From: a virus
Virus record (IMG/VR): IMGVR_UViG_3300029913_000009
Location: 1 to 34,289 of that record
Length of the DNA stretch: 34,289 bases
Direction: 5' to 3' (one strand)
Made by a program: the position numbers and the translations under genes. The notes beneath the pieces are model-generated. The model ran no database searches and was not told where the DNA came from. It was given only the letters and a program-made list of their open reading frames with translations. Shown here one piece after another: positions 1-9,100 of the stretch (position 1 is the stretch's first letter; each line of letters begins with the position of its first letter).

Positions 1-3000
1 AACTGCCCCTTACGGCTCATGACAGCCATCTCGTCGCCATCTTGAACGGCACGCTGAACTACAAACGCCTGACCATATCCGTAGACAATGTCTCCCTTCC
101 TCAATTCACGGGCTTCGATGGTGCGGATGGCTGCGGTTTTTCCATAGACCACCTCCACCTGTTCAGGGTAGAAGTTCACATACGAATCTCCTCCACCCTC
201 ACCCTCATTGTTATATACAATACCGTCATACCCAAGACGCTTCAAGGCTTCGGTGCTTGGGATGTCTTGCGGCCAACCCTCACCAGCCAATTCAGGGTAC
301 TTCCCAGCTTTAACAGCTTGGTTTAAAACAGCATCGTCGTTAACTTCCTTGTCGCCAGCGTAGATACCCTCGTAGTATTTCTTCGCCTCACGACGGGCCG
401 CAGCTTCGTTCTTGGCTTCTCCCTCCCATGAATACTGGGGGGAGTCCTTGTCCATCGTGCTCCGCAGACGAACGGTGAACGTGGGCAGTTTGCCATTGAC
501 TACCCGAATCTGGTCAGGGTAGAAAGCAATCCACGCTTCGTTCTTATACTGTGCTCCGTCGTAGCCCTGCTCTTCGAGGCTCTTCGCCAACTCCTTGAAT
601 TTGGGGTCACTCGGTGATACGTGCAGCGTATCGAGGTTAGCCGGATTGTTGATAGTCAGAATAGCCTCAATGATGTGACCGTCTGGTTGACCCGCGATGA
701 GGTCTTCACAATACTTGCGGCGGACATGGAACATGGCTGGAACTTCAAACGTGTCGAACTGCTTCGTGGTTCCGTGATACGCACGCACAGTCTTGGTGGA
801 TGCTGCCTTCTTACGGTCAATATCCACATTGGAGATAATCTTTACTTGGTTGGACGATAGAACACAGTAGGACTCACCCCCGAACTCTTGGTCATCGCCC
901 TCAGGAACCTTGGCTCCATCAAAGCCTAGATAGTGTAGAGCGTCGGTTACCTTTTTGTTGTCAAATAGGTCGTAAGCCCGGAACCCTTCCTCAAGCTGCG
1001 GCTCACGAATTTTTCGGTCATAGTTGTCACGACCATCATCAATCGCGAGTTCACCCCACTCGGTGCTAGTCATCTCGTCGGCCAACAGGTAATTGACAAG
1101 GTAATCCAACAATCCTGTGGACTTGTTCAGTTCTTCGGCGTGCTCTTCGTAAATCCCCGGCGAATCTTCAGCAGTGTCTGTCTTCTGAATCTTGTGCAGA
1201 GGAATCGGAGGCGTCGTGATGGATGTATTTACCCAGTTAGGGTTGGTTAGGTCGAGTAAGTTGTTGATGGTCAAATTCGCCGTGATAAGGCGACAGGGCT
1301 GCTTGGTGTGTTGCTGTCGATTCTTTGCGTACGCAATGGCTTGTTGCTTACTCTTGGTAAAGAAGAAGGCAAACACGTCAACCTCAAGCGTCATGCCGAG
1401 AAAACCCGAACGCAAACCCTTGTTTCGCTTGAAGTCATCAAAGTCATACGTTGTACCGTGGTAAACGGGTCCAATGGTCAGAGCCTGTTTCTTTATTCCA
1501 GCCCTATGACGAACATCCATGCGACGACGCACAGCCAACCGCTTAGACTGCACACTGGCGGTCTTATCCATGATGGCGGTGTAAGCTGCGGTCTTCGAAG
1601 CGGTAGTAGCCTTGTCTACAGGGGTGGATGAGATAATTTCCAACCTCCCTGAATCAAACACCCCTAAATTTGTGTGACCTTCTCCCTCTTCAAGGAATGA
1701 GTCGTAACCGTTCGCTTTCATCCAACGAACAAATTCAGGGCATTGGGTTGCATCCCAGTTCCTACGGGCAAGCGCCTTAATGTACCCCACTGGGTCGTCA
1801 TCACCATCCAACCAAATTTTGTTGTTCGCAATATCCTCATAAACTTTCTTACCCAAGGGGGTGAAGGTTTTGGGGTCAAGGTAATACCTCTCGCTATAGT
1901 TAAGCAAGTCCACACCATCAAAAGTGCTCTCAACATTAGCACGGACTTTATAAACCCACCCGTGGGCTCCGGCATGTAACTTAGCAAATCCCAAATCCGG
2001 GGTGAGAAAAATAGGCTGCTCGACAACTTCTTTAGTCACTCCCGCTTTGCTCACAGTTTTAAATTGGTCAAACTTATGGGGGCTACCATGATACCAATCA
2101 GCAGATATGGCTTTTGCGGCGGTTTTTTGGTCAAGTGGTTTTATGAGGGAAGGACTATAATTGTCATGGTTCAGGTTGACAAGGTATTCGTCGCCCATAC
2201 GTGTCCATTTGTACTCGTCCGCACGCGGGGATGATGCCGTGACCCGGTTGTCCTTAGGGTTGAACGTGCCAGCGTTCCCAATCGCACTCTTGATTTGACT
2301 AGGGGAGAATACAACAAAGTGGTCACAAATGGTGTGTGAATCTCCCGGAGTGTCCTCAACGTCCTTAAAAACCACCCCATCATGCCCCTTATCTCGCGCA
2401 CTTTTAATAAGGTCACCCACCGGAATCCAGTTACCTTCGGCATCTTTTATGTTGAGGAAGGAGCCGTTTGCTTCAATTACCTTGGGGTTCGTGATACGTA
2501 GGAATACGGGCATTACATTCATGCCTTTTGGTTCTTCTCGCAAAGCTGAGAATTCATGGTTCTCTAATTCAAGGGTGAGTCGCTCTAGGGTTTCCCAATC
2601 TCTCCTTCTCTCAGCTTTTTCAATTTCTTTGGATAGTTGATTGTACTTTTTTTCATGCTCTTCAACGTTATGAACGACTTGCTTACTTGCAAGATCAGCA
2701 TACTCTGAGGCGACTGTAGGGTGGGCGGCGAACCAAAAGCCCATACGTGCCGCGTTGTTTTGAGTAGAACCCCCTCCTCTCTCAGTGTTAAAAGTATCGA
2801 AGCTTTGATTTGTGCCGTGATATACACGCAGTGGCCGACCATGGTCATCAACCACCTTGCTCCCATTGAACCATGCTTGAAACGCAGGGTTCTTGGTAAC
2901 ATCCCCCGGCTGACCCATCCAGTCTTGGTCTTGGGTAAGCCCAGCCCCTTTTTTGGTTTGAAGGCAAAGACCCTCAGGCCATTGGGTTCCCGGCTTAGTT

Positions 3001-3305
3001 GCACACCAGATGGGAACACCACGATTTGCAGCGGTAGTGATGCGGTGCCGCCCGTCGAGCACATCTATCCGGTCGGTGTCGTAAGCATAGATTTTTGGAT
3101 AATCGTCAACTGATTCCAGCAGTTCCAGACGCTTCAACCGGCTGGGATTCCAGTCAAACTTCTCTCCGGGGTGTTGAGACTCCCACAGGGCTTTGAACTT
3201 CCCGGCGTCAATTAAGACGAGTTCATTGTAACCGCTATTTCTGCGGTGTCTCTTATTAAATGGGATTTCGTTTACGTCCAACCCGGTTGGAATGCGGTCT
3301 TCCAT
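1..3305 (-). CDS. Partial giant ORF (N-terminal ~1100 aa seen; runs off window start, no stop in window). Domains: N-terminal ParB-N-like nuclease ('IDVLDGRHRITTAANRGVPIW', ~2991..3128) followed by at least 4 tandem ART-like modules with 'YHGT/S..FDxF' cores near 2811..2828, ~2075, ~1450 and ~770. Polyvalent-type virion/injected protein.
   Basis: Hand-translated minus-strand frame from the ATG at 3305..3303 (SD AGGGG 8 nt upstream) is open to position 1. The ORF track shows only short conflicting ORFs on both strands across 1..3300, as expected when a stop-less ORF was not listed. The repeated peptide module 'xVYHGT...FDxF....G.......GFWFA.....A.EYA ... G[YHF]DG.V......[ED]S[YH]..[FV][VF].P.Q[IV]' recurs about every 650 nt (e.g. 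RVYHGTNQSFDTFNTERGGGSTQNNAARMGFWFAAHPTVASEYA; PVYHGTTYDFDDF; RAYHGTTKQFDTF; WYHGSPHKFDQF). Confidence 0.65.
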   Translation of the reverse strand, partial: MEDRIPTGLDVNEIPFNKRHRRNSGYNELVLIDAGKFKALWESQHPGEKFDWNPSRLKRLELLESVDDYPKIYAYDTDRIDVLDGRHRITTAANRGVPIWCATKPGTQWPEGLCLQTKKGAGLTQDQDWMGQPGDVTKNPAFQAWFNGSKVVDDHGRPLRVYHGTNQSFDTFNTERGGGSTQNNAARMGFWFAAHPTVASEYADLASKQVVHNVEEHEKKYNQLSKEIEKAERRRDWETLERLTLELENHEFSALREEPKGMNVMPVFLRITNPKVIEANGSFLNIKDAEGNWIPVGDLIKSARDKGHDGVVFKDVEDTPGDSHTICDHFVVFSPSQIKSAIGNAGTFNPKDNRVTASSPRADEYKWTRMGDEYLVNLNHDNYSPSLIKPLDQKTAAKAISADWYHGSPHKFDQFKTVSKAGVTKEVVEQPIFLTPDLGFAKLHAGAHGWVYKVRANVESTFDGVDLLNYSERYYLDPKTFTPLGKKVYEDIANNKIWLDGDDDPVGYIKALARRNWDATQCPEFVRWMKANGYDSFLEEGEGHTNLGVFDSGRLEIISSTPVDKATTASKTAAYTAIMDKTASVQSKRLAVRRRMDVRHRAGIKKQALTIGPVYHGTTYDFDDFKRNKGLRSGFLGMTLEVDVFAFFFTKSKQQAIAYAKNRQQHTKQPCRLITANLTINNLLDLTNPNWVNTSITTPPIPLHKIQKTDTAEDSPGIYEEHAEELNKSTGLLDYLVNYLLADEMTSTEWGELAIDDGRDNYDRKIREPQLEEGFRAYDLFDNKKVTDALHYLGFDGAKVPEGDDQEFGGESYCVLSSNQVKIISNVDIDRKKAASTKTVRAYHGTTKQFDTFEVPAMFHVRRKYCEDLIAGQPDGHIIEAILTINNPANLDTLHVSPSDPKFKELAKSLEEQGYDGAQYKNEAWIAFYPDQIRVVNGKLPTFTVRLRSTMDKDSPQYSWEGEAKNEAAARREAKKYYEGIYAGDKEVNDDAVLNQAVKAGKYPELAGEGWPQDIPSTEALKRLGYDGIVYNNEGEGGGDSYVNFYPEQVEVVYGKTAAIRTIEARELRKGDIVYGYGQAFVVQRAVQDGDEMAVMSRKGQ

Positions 3306-3350
3306 CAATTTGCCCCTACTATGACATAGAAAGTCAAGGTGTTTTGGGCA

Positions 3351-4709
3351 TCAAATCTTGTGAACTTCAGCCTTCATGGATGTACCACTTTCCACTCGCC
3401 CGGTGCGCCAATCGATGGGGGATTCCCCATAAGCCGCTTCCACCAGCCGTAGCGCCTTGGCAAAGTCCTCGGGATGCTGCTGCCACCACTCAATCATGCC
3501 CTTCTCAAGGTGAGTTACTCCCTGAAGATCGCGGGTGCCATTCTGAACCGCCTCGTAAACAGGGATGCAAGATGCCCAGACCGCAATCTGCCGTGCATTC
3601 GCTTCGGGCTTCACGAAGACATCTTTGGATTGAAGCGAAATACTCTCCGCAGGAATTGGGGTTTTCCAAAAAGCTTCCTGATAACGTGGAGCATAGTCCA
3701 GCCCCTCTGGAAGCTGCACTCGCAGGACACTGAACTTTTCAGTCAGGGTAGGGTAGTCTTCCCATCCCCATACATGGTTTTGAATGGCTGGAATCGGCAG
3801 TGACAGATAGTGATCGAGAGCCCCATGCCAACGAGTAACAGCATGGAAACCATCCAAGGGTAGCGTGGCTGTGTTGTTATTCTTGCTACTAATGAACGCC
3901 AACCCCTGTTGAACCGCCTTCTTGTACTTTTCCGCCATGGCTGGGTTGTCACGGATAACCCCGGTGTCTTTAGAGAGAGCGTCATATACACTGAGCCTCC
4001 ACCAACGGAGGTACCAAGAGATTCTGTCCTGTTTCTTCAGGTGGGTTTTAGCCCATTGAACTTCCCTCTTTACAATGGATTCAAATTGTGGCTGGTCGGC
4101 AATCAACTGCTTGAACATCGCCTCGTAGTCGTGGGCTACTTTATGGTCAGGCAAGAGAGTGTCCCAAGCTTCCTGTTCAGTCTCAAATACAGGGTCTGAG
4201 TGCAATGCGGGGGTTTCTGTGTGATGACGCGGTAGGAAGATGTTAGCATCTCCGGCTCCGGCAAATTTAGGCTTCGTCAATGGCGACTCCTGTATGTACC
4301 CTTCCTCATCCACAAACGTGTGCGGGTCGAGGTTAGCACTGTAGATGCTCTGCCACTGGTTACCCGTCCAGACTTCAATCTCGGAGTTCACACGTGAGCA
4401 GTAGTACGCCTCATGGCCGGAGTCGTTGGTGCCTTCCTCATCCTTGGTCAGATACTTTGGTTCCACAACACGGAGGACGACCGGCACGAGACCATCCTCG
4501 GCGATGTTATCTGAGTCATTGTAAGCGAACATCTCCGCTCGGTTGAGCCAGAAATCCACACCACCAGCGTCGGTCAGGAACACCTTACCGGCCTTGTAGC
4601 TCTTCAACGCCGGTCCGCCAATGCCGTTGTTGGCATTAGGCAGGAGACCGGAGGTGGCAATTTTGTCAAGATTGGCGAGGTAGGTTACGTGGTATAGAAA
4701 CTTAGGCAT
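3351..4709 (-). CDS. 452-aa protein with DarT/ART-like N-terminal module ('MPKFLYHVTYLANLDKIATSGLLPN ... GKVFLTDAGG ... EAYYCSRVNSEIEVW'). The rest is of unknown function.
   Basis: ATG verified at 4709..4707. It overlaps the upstream stop as 'cATGccTAA'. The N-terminal motif closely resembles the DarT N-terminus ('LYHFTHxxNLxSILxxGLL') and the H-x-T first strand of H-Y-E ADP-ribosyltransferases. Confidence 0.6.
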   Translation of the reverse strand: MPKFLYHVTYLANLDKIATSGLLPNANNGIGGPALKSYKAGKVFLTDAGGVDFWLNRAEMFAYNDSDNIAEDGLVPVVLRVVEPKYLTKDEEGTNDSGHEAYYCSRVNSEIEVWTGNQWQSIYSANLDPHTFVDEEGYIQESPLTKPKFAGAGDANIFLPRHHTETPALHSDPVFETEQEAWDTLLPDHKVAHDYEAMFKQLIADQPQFESIVKREVQWAKTHLKKQDRISWYLRWWRLSVYDALSKDTGVIRDNPAMAEKYKKAVQQGLAFISSKNNNTATLPLDGFHAVTRWHGALDHYLSLPIPAIQNHVWGWEDYPTLTEKFSVLRVQLPEGLDYAPRYQEAFWKTPIPAESISLQSKDVFVKPEANARQIAVWASCIPVYEAVQNGTRDLQGVTHLEKGMIEWWQQHPEDFAKALRLVEAAYGESPIDWRTGRVESGTSMKAEVHKI

Positions 4710-6195
4710 GGTTGTCCCCTACTTTGGAAGCCACAGTTGGAATTTCAGCACTGGCGGTCACGTTCTTCCACGCAGCATTGACGGGTCGCCATTGCCTGTC
4801 GTTCTCAGTTTTATATCCCAGCAATTGCAGCGGCGTTCCGTCTTTCAGACGAATCTCTTTCTCCTCCTCACCAAGCGAGGGGTTTAGATTGCATAGCATT
4901 GTGTTATCCCAGTCAACGTCGCGGTCGGATACTCGTGCCCAAAAATAATATTTGGACTGTCCGCGACCGAAACTCCCCCAATGGGCTTCTGCGGCATCCT
5001 CATCCCATGACCAGTAAGTTCCAAACCCCTGTTTCTTAAGTTGCTGAAGGCTCTCTAATGTCATGCAGCGGTAGACATTAAACTTGCCACCTCGACTGTC
5101 ATGTTCATAAAAGAAATGTTCGTATACACCTCGCAGGTAGTCAGTCGCTTGTTGTAGGGCATCTTCTTCTGCTTCAGGTGTGTTCTCCCCATTGAAATTG
5201 AACCACTCACTGATATTCCAATCATACTCACGAATGAGCCCCTTAATGCCTCCATGTTTCGCGAGGAAAGTGTCGAAATCAGGAAGGTAATCGGAGGCAT
5301 GGGCTGTCTTTTCCTCAGTAGATGCACGTAGCGGTTGAACACTGTGTGGGTTTTCAACTTCTTCGAAGAAGCTGCTCTGGCCGTCGCCTTCAAGGTCAGC
5401 GGTCTTCAACGTGGTAACATTTTTAACATCTTTACTGTCAAAAATGACGTAGTTACAAGTTCCGTCACCTCTGACTCGGCTGTCTCCATCAAGGTATTTA
5501 ATGCCCTTGACACCGAGAGAGCGCAGGTATTCGCTGGCCGCTTTGTCAGAGCCCTGTTGAACCGAAATGTCGCGGTAAACGGAGCGACCCGTGATGATGC
5601 CATCTATCTTGTTGTGGTCGGCCAAGTCACCCCAATCCGGACTGGACTCTTCAGCACCTTTTCTCGCGTTTGCGATTTCATTCACAAGCACCTTGCGAAC
5701 TAATGGTGATTGCTCACTGAGGGGTTTGTCCCAGTCGAGTAACACATTGTCTTCGGGGATGTCAGCCTTGTACAACTGACCTCCGGACTGCTTCTCAATG
5801 GGAGTTTTGCAGAACTCCAAGAATCTCTTCTTGGTTGTCCTATGGTTTCCATTGAAACCGCCCATGTAACGAGCCCCCAGTTCTTGGTCGGCCCAGTCCT
5901 TGTCCACCGGGCCGTACTCCTGCGCCAACCAAGCCATTTCGGCTGGAACGTAATCCGGGTCACGCCGCGTGATTCTCCGGCCATTGACCACATAAGACCA
6001 GTCGGGCTTGTTCTTCTCCAAAGATGTTCGATAATACTCAGCAACATCTCGGTTTCCCGCGAAGTACAGTCCCCCACCCGTAGGTCTGATTACCTTCACC
6101 CGTGTTGATTCTGTCCGTGTCGAATGAATCGAAATGGAAAGGAGTGCCGTGATAAACTTCCTTGCCCAACTTCGCCCCCGGCACCATGGCCTCAA
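4702..6195 (-). CDS. ORF continuing the polyvalent protein in the +1 frame (TTG-initiated as listed; no good independent start). Its N-terminus completes an ART-like module ('TGGGLYFAGNRDVAEYY ... GVKGIKYLDGDSRVRGDGTCNYVIFDSKDVKNV'). This is probably the C-terminal ~445 aa of the polyvalent gene, separated by a frameshift at 6071..6075.
   Basis: It overlaps the polyvalent 3' end by 158 nt in another frame. The peptide 'GLYFAGNRDVAEYY' matches 'GFWFAAHPTVASEYA' of the gene-1 modules and PARP 'GIYFADMVSKSANY'. The 'YHGT' first half of this module is encoded just upstream in the polyvalent frame. Confidence 0.55.
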   Translation of the reverse strand: MRPWCRGRSWARKFITALLSISIHSTRTESTRVKVIRPTGGGLYFAGNRDVAEYYRTSLEKNKPDWSYVVNGRRITRRDPDYVPAEMAWLAQEYGPVDKDWADQELGARYMGGFNGNHRTTKKRFLEFCKTPIEKQSGGQLYKADIPEDNVLLDWDKPLSEQSPLVRKVLVNEIANARKGAEESSPDWGDLADHNKIDGIITGRSVYRDISVQQGSDKAASEYLRSLGVKGIKYLDGDSRVRGDGTCNYVIFDSKDVKNVTTLKTADLEGDGQSSFFEEVENPHSVQPLRASTEEKTAHASDYLPDFDTFLAKHGGIKGLIREYDWNISEWFNFNGENTPEAEEDALQQATDYLRGVYEHFFYEHDSRGGKFNVYRCMTLESLQQLKKQGFGTYWSWDEDAAEAHWGSFGRGQSKYYFWARVSDRDVDWDNTMLCNLNPSLGEEEKEIRLKDGTPLQLLGYKTENDRQWRPVNAAWKNVTASAEIPTVASKVGDNHA

Positions 6196-9100
6196 GACTT
6201 GGCATCAAACTGTTGCCTTCTACACGCTCGGGCTGAAGGGCATACGCATTAGAGCCCTCACCGTCGTTCTTGTCCATGTTGGGGAACGTGGTGTCGGACA
6301 TCGGGGTCTGCTTGTGACTCCCAAATTTCATCACACCCACCAGCTTTAAGCACCGAGGGTTGTAGAAACACACACCTCCGAAGGATTCATCAGCCAATCC
6401 GTCAACTCCCTTTTGTACCATCATTTTGGGGAAGTTTGGATTTGCATCAGGACGTACTTTAAGTGCGGCGTACTCGTCCCAGTCATCCGATTCTTTCAAG
6501 TCGAGGATATGTCCACCAATGATTTCAAACTCCAGCACAACTCCACCTTCTTCGTCATCCGAGAAGTCGGCGTAGTTTGATTTGGCAAGGTCAGGATCGA
6601 GTGCAGTGTAAAATGCTGTACCAAAATAGCCGGGGCTGCATTTGGTTATATCCACTCCACGCTTGCGAATGTCTTCTGCTGACTTTGAATCAGTGCCGTG
6701 GTAGACGTGGGTTCCTTTTAGAATTGAAGCGGTTTTATTCACCTCTTCTGCAAAGCCGGGGTTGCACTCGGGGCATGTGCATATTGGGCACTCATGACTT
6801 CCGCAATAGGCATGATATTTTTTCTGGATAGCAGCGCCCGGTGGAACTACGAGTATGTCAGGCGGTCCGAACTGGTCATGGGTGCCGTCGATGATCGTGC
6901 CATCTTTCATCACGTTCCAAGAATGGTCGCCATGGCCGTTGTGTCCCTTATCAGGAGTGGGGTACAGGTAGAATCCACTGGCTTTTTCCCAGCCGAACTT
7001 GTTCTCAAGTATGTCGGCCATGGTGTGACATTGGCCTTCTCCATCCTCCTCGCGTAGGGTTTTTAGAATCGCCCGGATTTGTGGTATGTCGATTGTTTTC
7101 TTGGCACCAACCTTTAACTGGTTGTAGTCGGCGATGTATGGCTCAAATACTTTAATTTTCTGCTCGATGTCCTTCTTTTGTGCAGGGTCTTTAGCACTCT
7201 TCAACATATCCACAAGCGCCTCATACTGCTGCACAATTGCGGCCTGTTCTTCACGTGAGTGATTCCACATGCGGTCACTCTTCAACCGAAGGTCTTTCAG
7301 TGTCTGAACGATTGTGTTGGGGTCTTTCATCTTGCCGTATGGGTCAGCTTCATTGGTCTTTGGGAAGCGATTTCCTTGTGGGTCGATTTCCGACTGCATG
7401 ATGTGAGTGGTCTCATGTGCTGTAAGCTGGTCTGCAATTTCGGTGTGTAGGAACATATCTATGTATTTAGGGTTGACATAAACTACCCGAGTACCTTGTT
7501 CCACCTGACAGATTTCATCTCCACCCCCTTCTCTAGTGGAGGGCACGCCAGCTTTGAACGTGATTGTATTTGGGTCTCCTATCCGGCTTTGAATAGTTTG
7601 TGGTAGGCGCTTAATCATGTCATGCCCTACTTGATTCAATTCCTTGTCATGAGGGTTAGAAGGAGGTGTGGTGGTGTGTTTTGAGACCAAGGCAGTACCG
7701 AGTGCTCCTGAAAGCAACGCGACACCAAGCCCCTTTAATACATCCTTTACTCCAGCCTCTTTTGTCACTCCACTGGGAACATACAGCCCAGCTTCCTTGA
7801 TGTACTCAGCTTCTCCCATATCCAGAATCCGTTTGAGAGACTTGAGATAGATGATGGCTTCACTGAAATTGCGGTGACCCAAGGCAACAGCCGCGAACTT
7901 GGCGTATCTCTGAGCGCGGTTATAAACAGTCAATCGGCTATGAGCGTTACCGTAAGCCTCCCACAGCTTGAAAAATTCTTTCGCCAGTTCCTCATAACTG
8001 CGACCCTTGAGCTTCGGGTTGTTGTCTTCCACTTGAGCCCGGTAATTGTTCTGCATGTTCTCACGCACTTCGCGTTCGAACCCATACTCATTGGTCAGCC
8101 AGTAAAGGCACTTATCTACCTTGTCTTTTACAATTCCGTACTGCCCCTGAAAGTAGGTGAAGTGTTGAGCCATACGGTTCGTAATGTCACCACAGTGCTC
8201 CAGCGCGTGAGTGCCAATGCCAGCACCTAAAGGATGCATCTGGCAACGAAGCATGGCCTTCTCAGGCTCTCCTCTTTGGTCGGAAGCTAGTTCATCGAAC
8301 TTCTTATCTCGTTCATTTTCTACAGCGGCTGTCTTCACCTTCTTCCCACTCAAACCAATAGCAGAGGGTGGGATGAAGTCGTAGAAGATGCGTTCGTTGG
8401 GGTTAAGCATCCCACGCACAGGGCCACCAGTATGTCCCCCAATGTCGGTGCCATATTGGTCACGCTTATAGGTGGCAATGGTGACACGGGCAGGGACTTC
8501 GGTGAGCCCAGCCATCTGTGCCTGTGCGATACGATGGTTGCCTTCGATCACAAGGGCTGTGTTGGTATCCTTAAAATAACGGAGGGTAATAGGCGACCGG
8601 ATGCCATGGCGCTTGATGTCTTCGACAGAATCATGAAACGCATCCTCACCATGCCGGTTGTCCTTTGGGCTCCAGTGATACTCACGCAGGGGGAGTAGCT
8701 GAGAGATGGGCACGTACTCTACCCACGGCTCGGATAACTCGCGTGCGTATGCCTGAGGAAGCCAGTCCTTATACTTATCAGACTCCATCATGGTTTCCCA
8801 TTTGGTGCTTTCATCCTCTCCGCGTGCATACGCTTCCTTAACGCTGCTGGTTTTAATTGACGTGTTAATTGACGCGATGTTGGTCTTAATTGACGCGATG
8901 TTGGTCTTAATTGACGCGAAATGTTGGATACTGGCTGTCTTGTCTTCACTCTTCACAGCTACGAGCACGGTGTTCTTGGCATACTTCATTTTGTCATCTT
9001 CAATGTCAACCAACTCTTGAGCAATCTCCATCGCTCTTTCGCGAGTCACGCCTTCACGCATCTCTTGACGCAGGAGTTCAACGGTATCATCATTGTCGTC

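Noticed and set aside
2585-3113. ORF-track ORFs 2585..3064(-) and 2721..3113(+), and the many other short ORFs in 1..3300.
   Set aside because: They lie out of frame inside the stop-less minus-strand giant ORF (1..3305), which carries the conserved repeated modules. Treated as spurious.
8851-8927. Tandem 21-nt repeats as a possible CRISPR array or iteron.
   Set aside because: Only 2-4 copies, no spacers, perfectly in-frame inside a long ORF. A coding tandem repeat.
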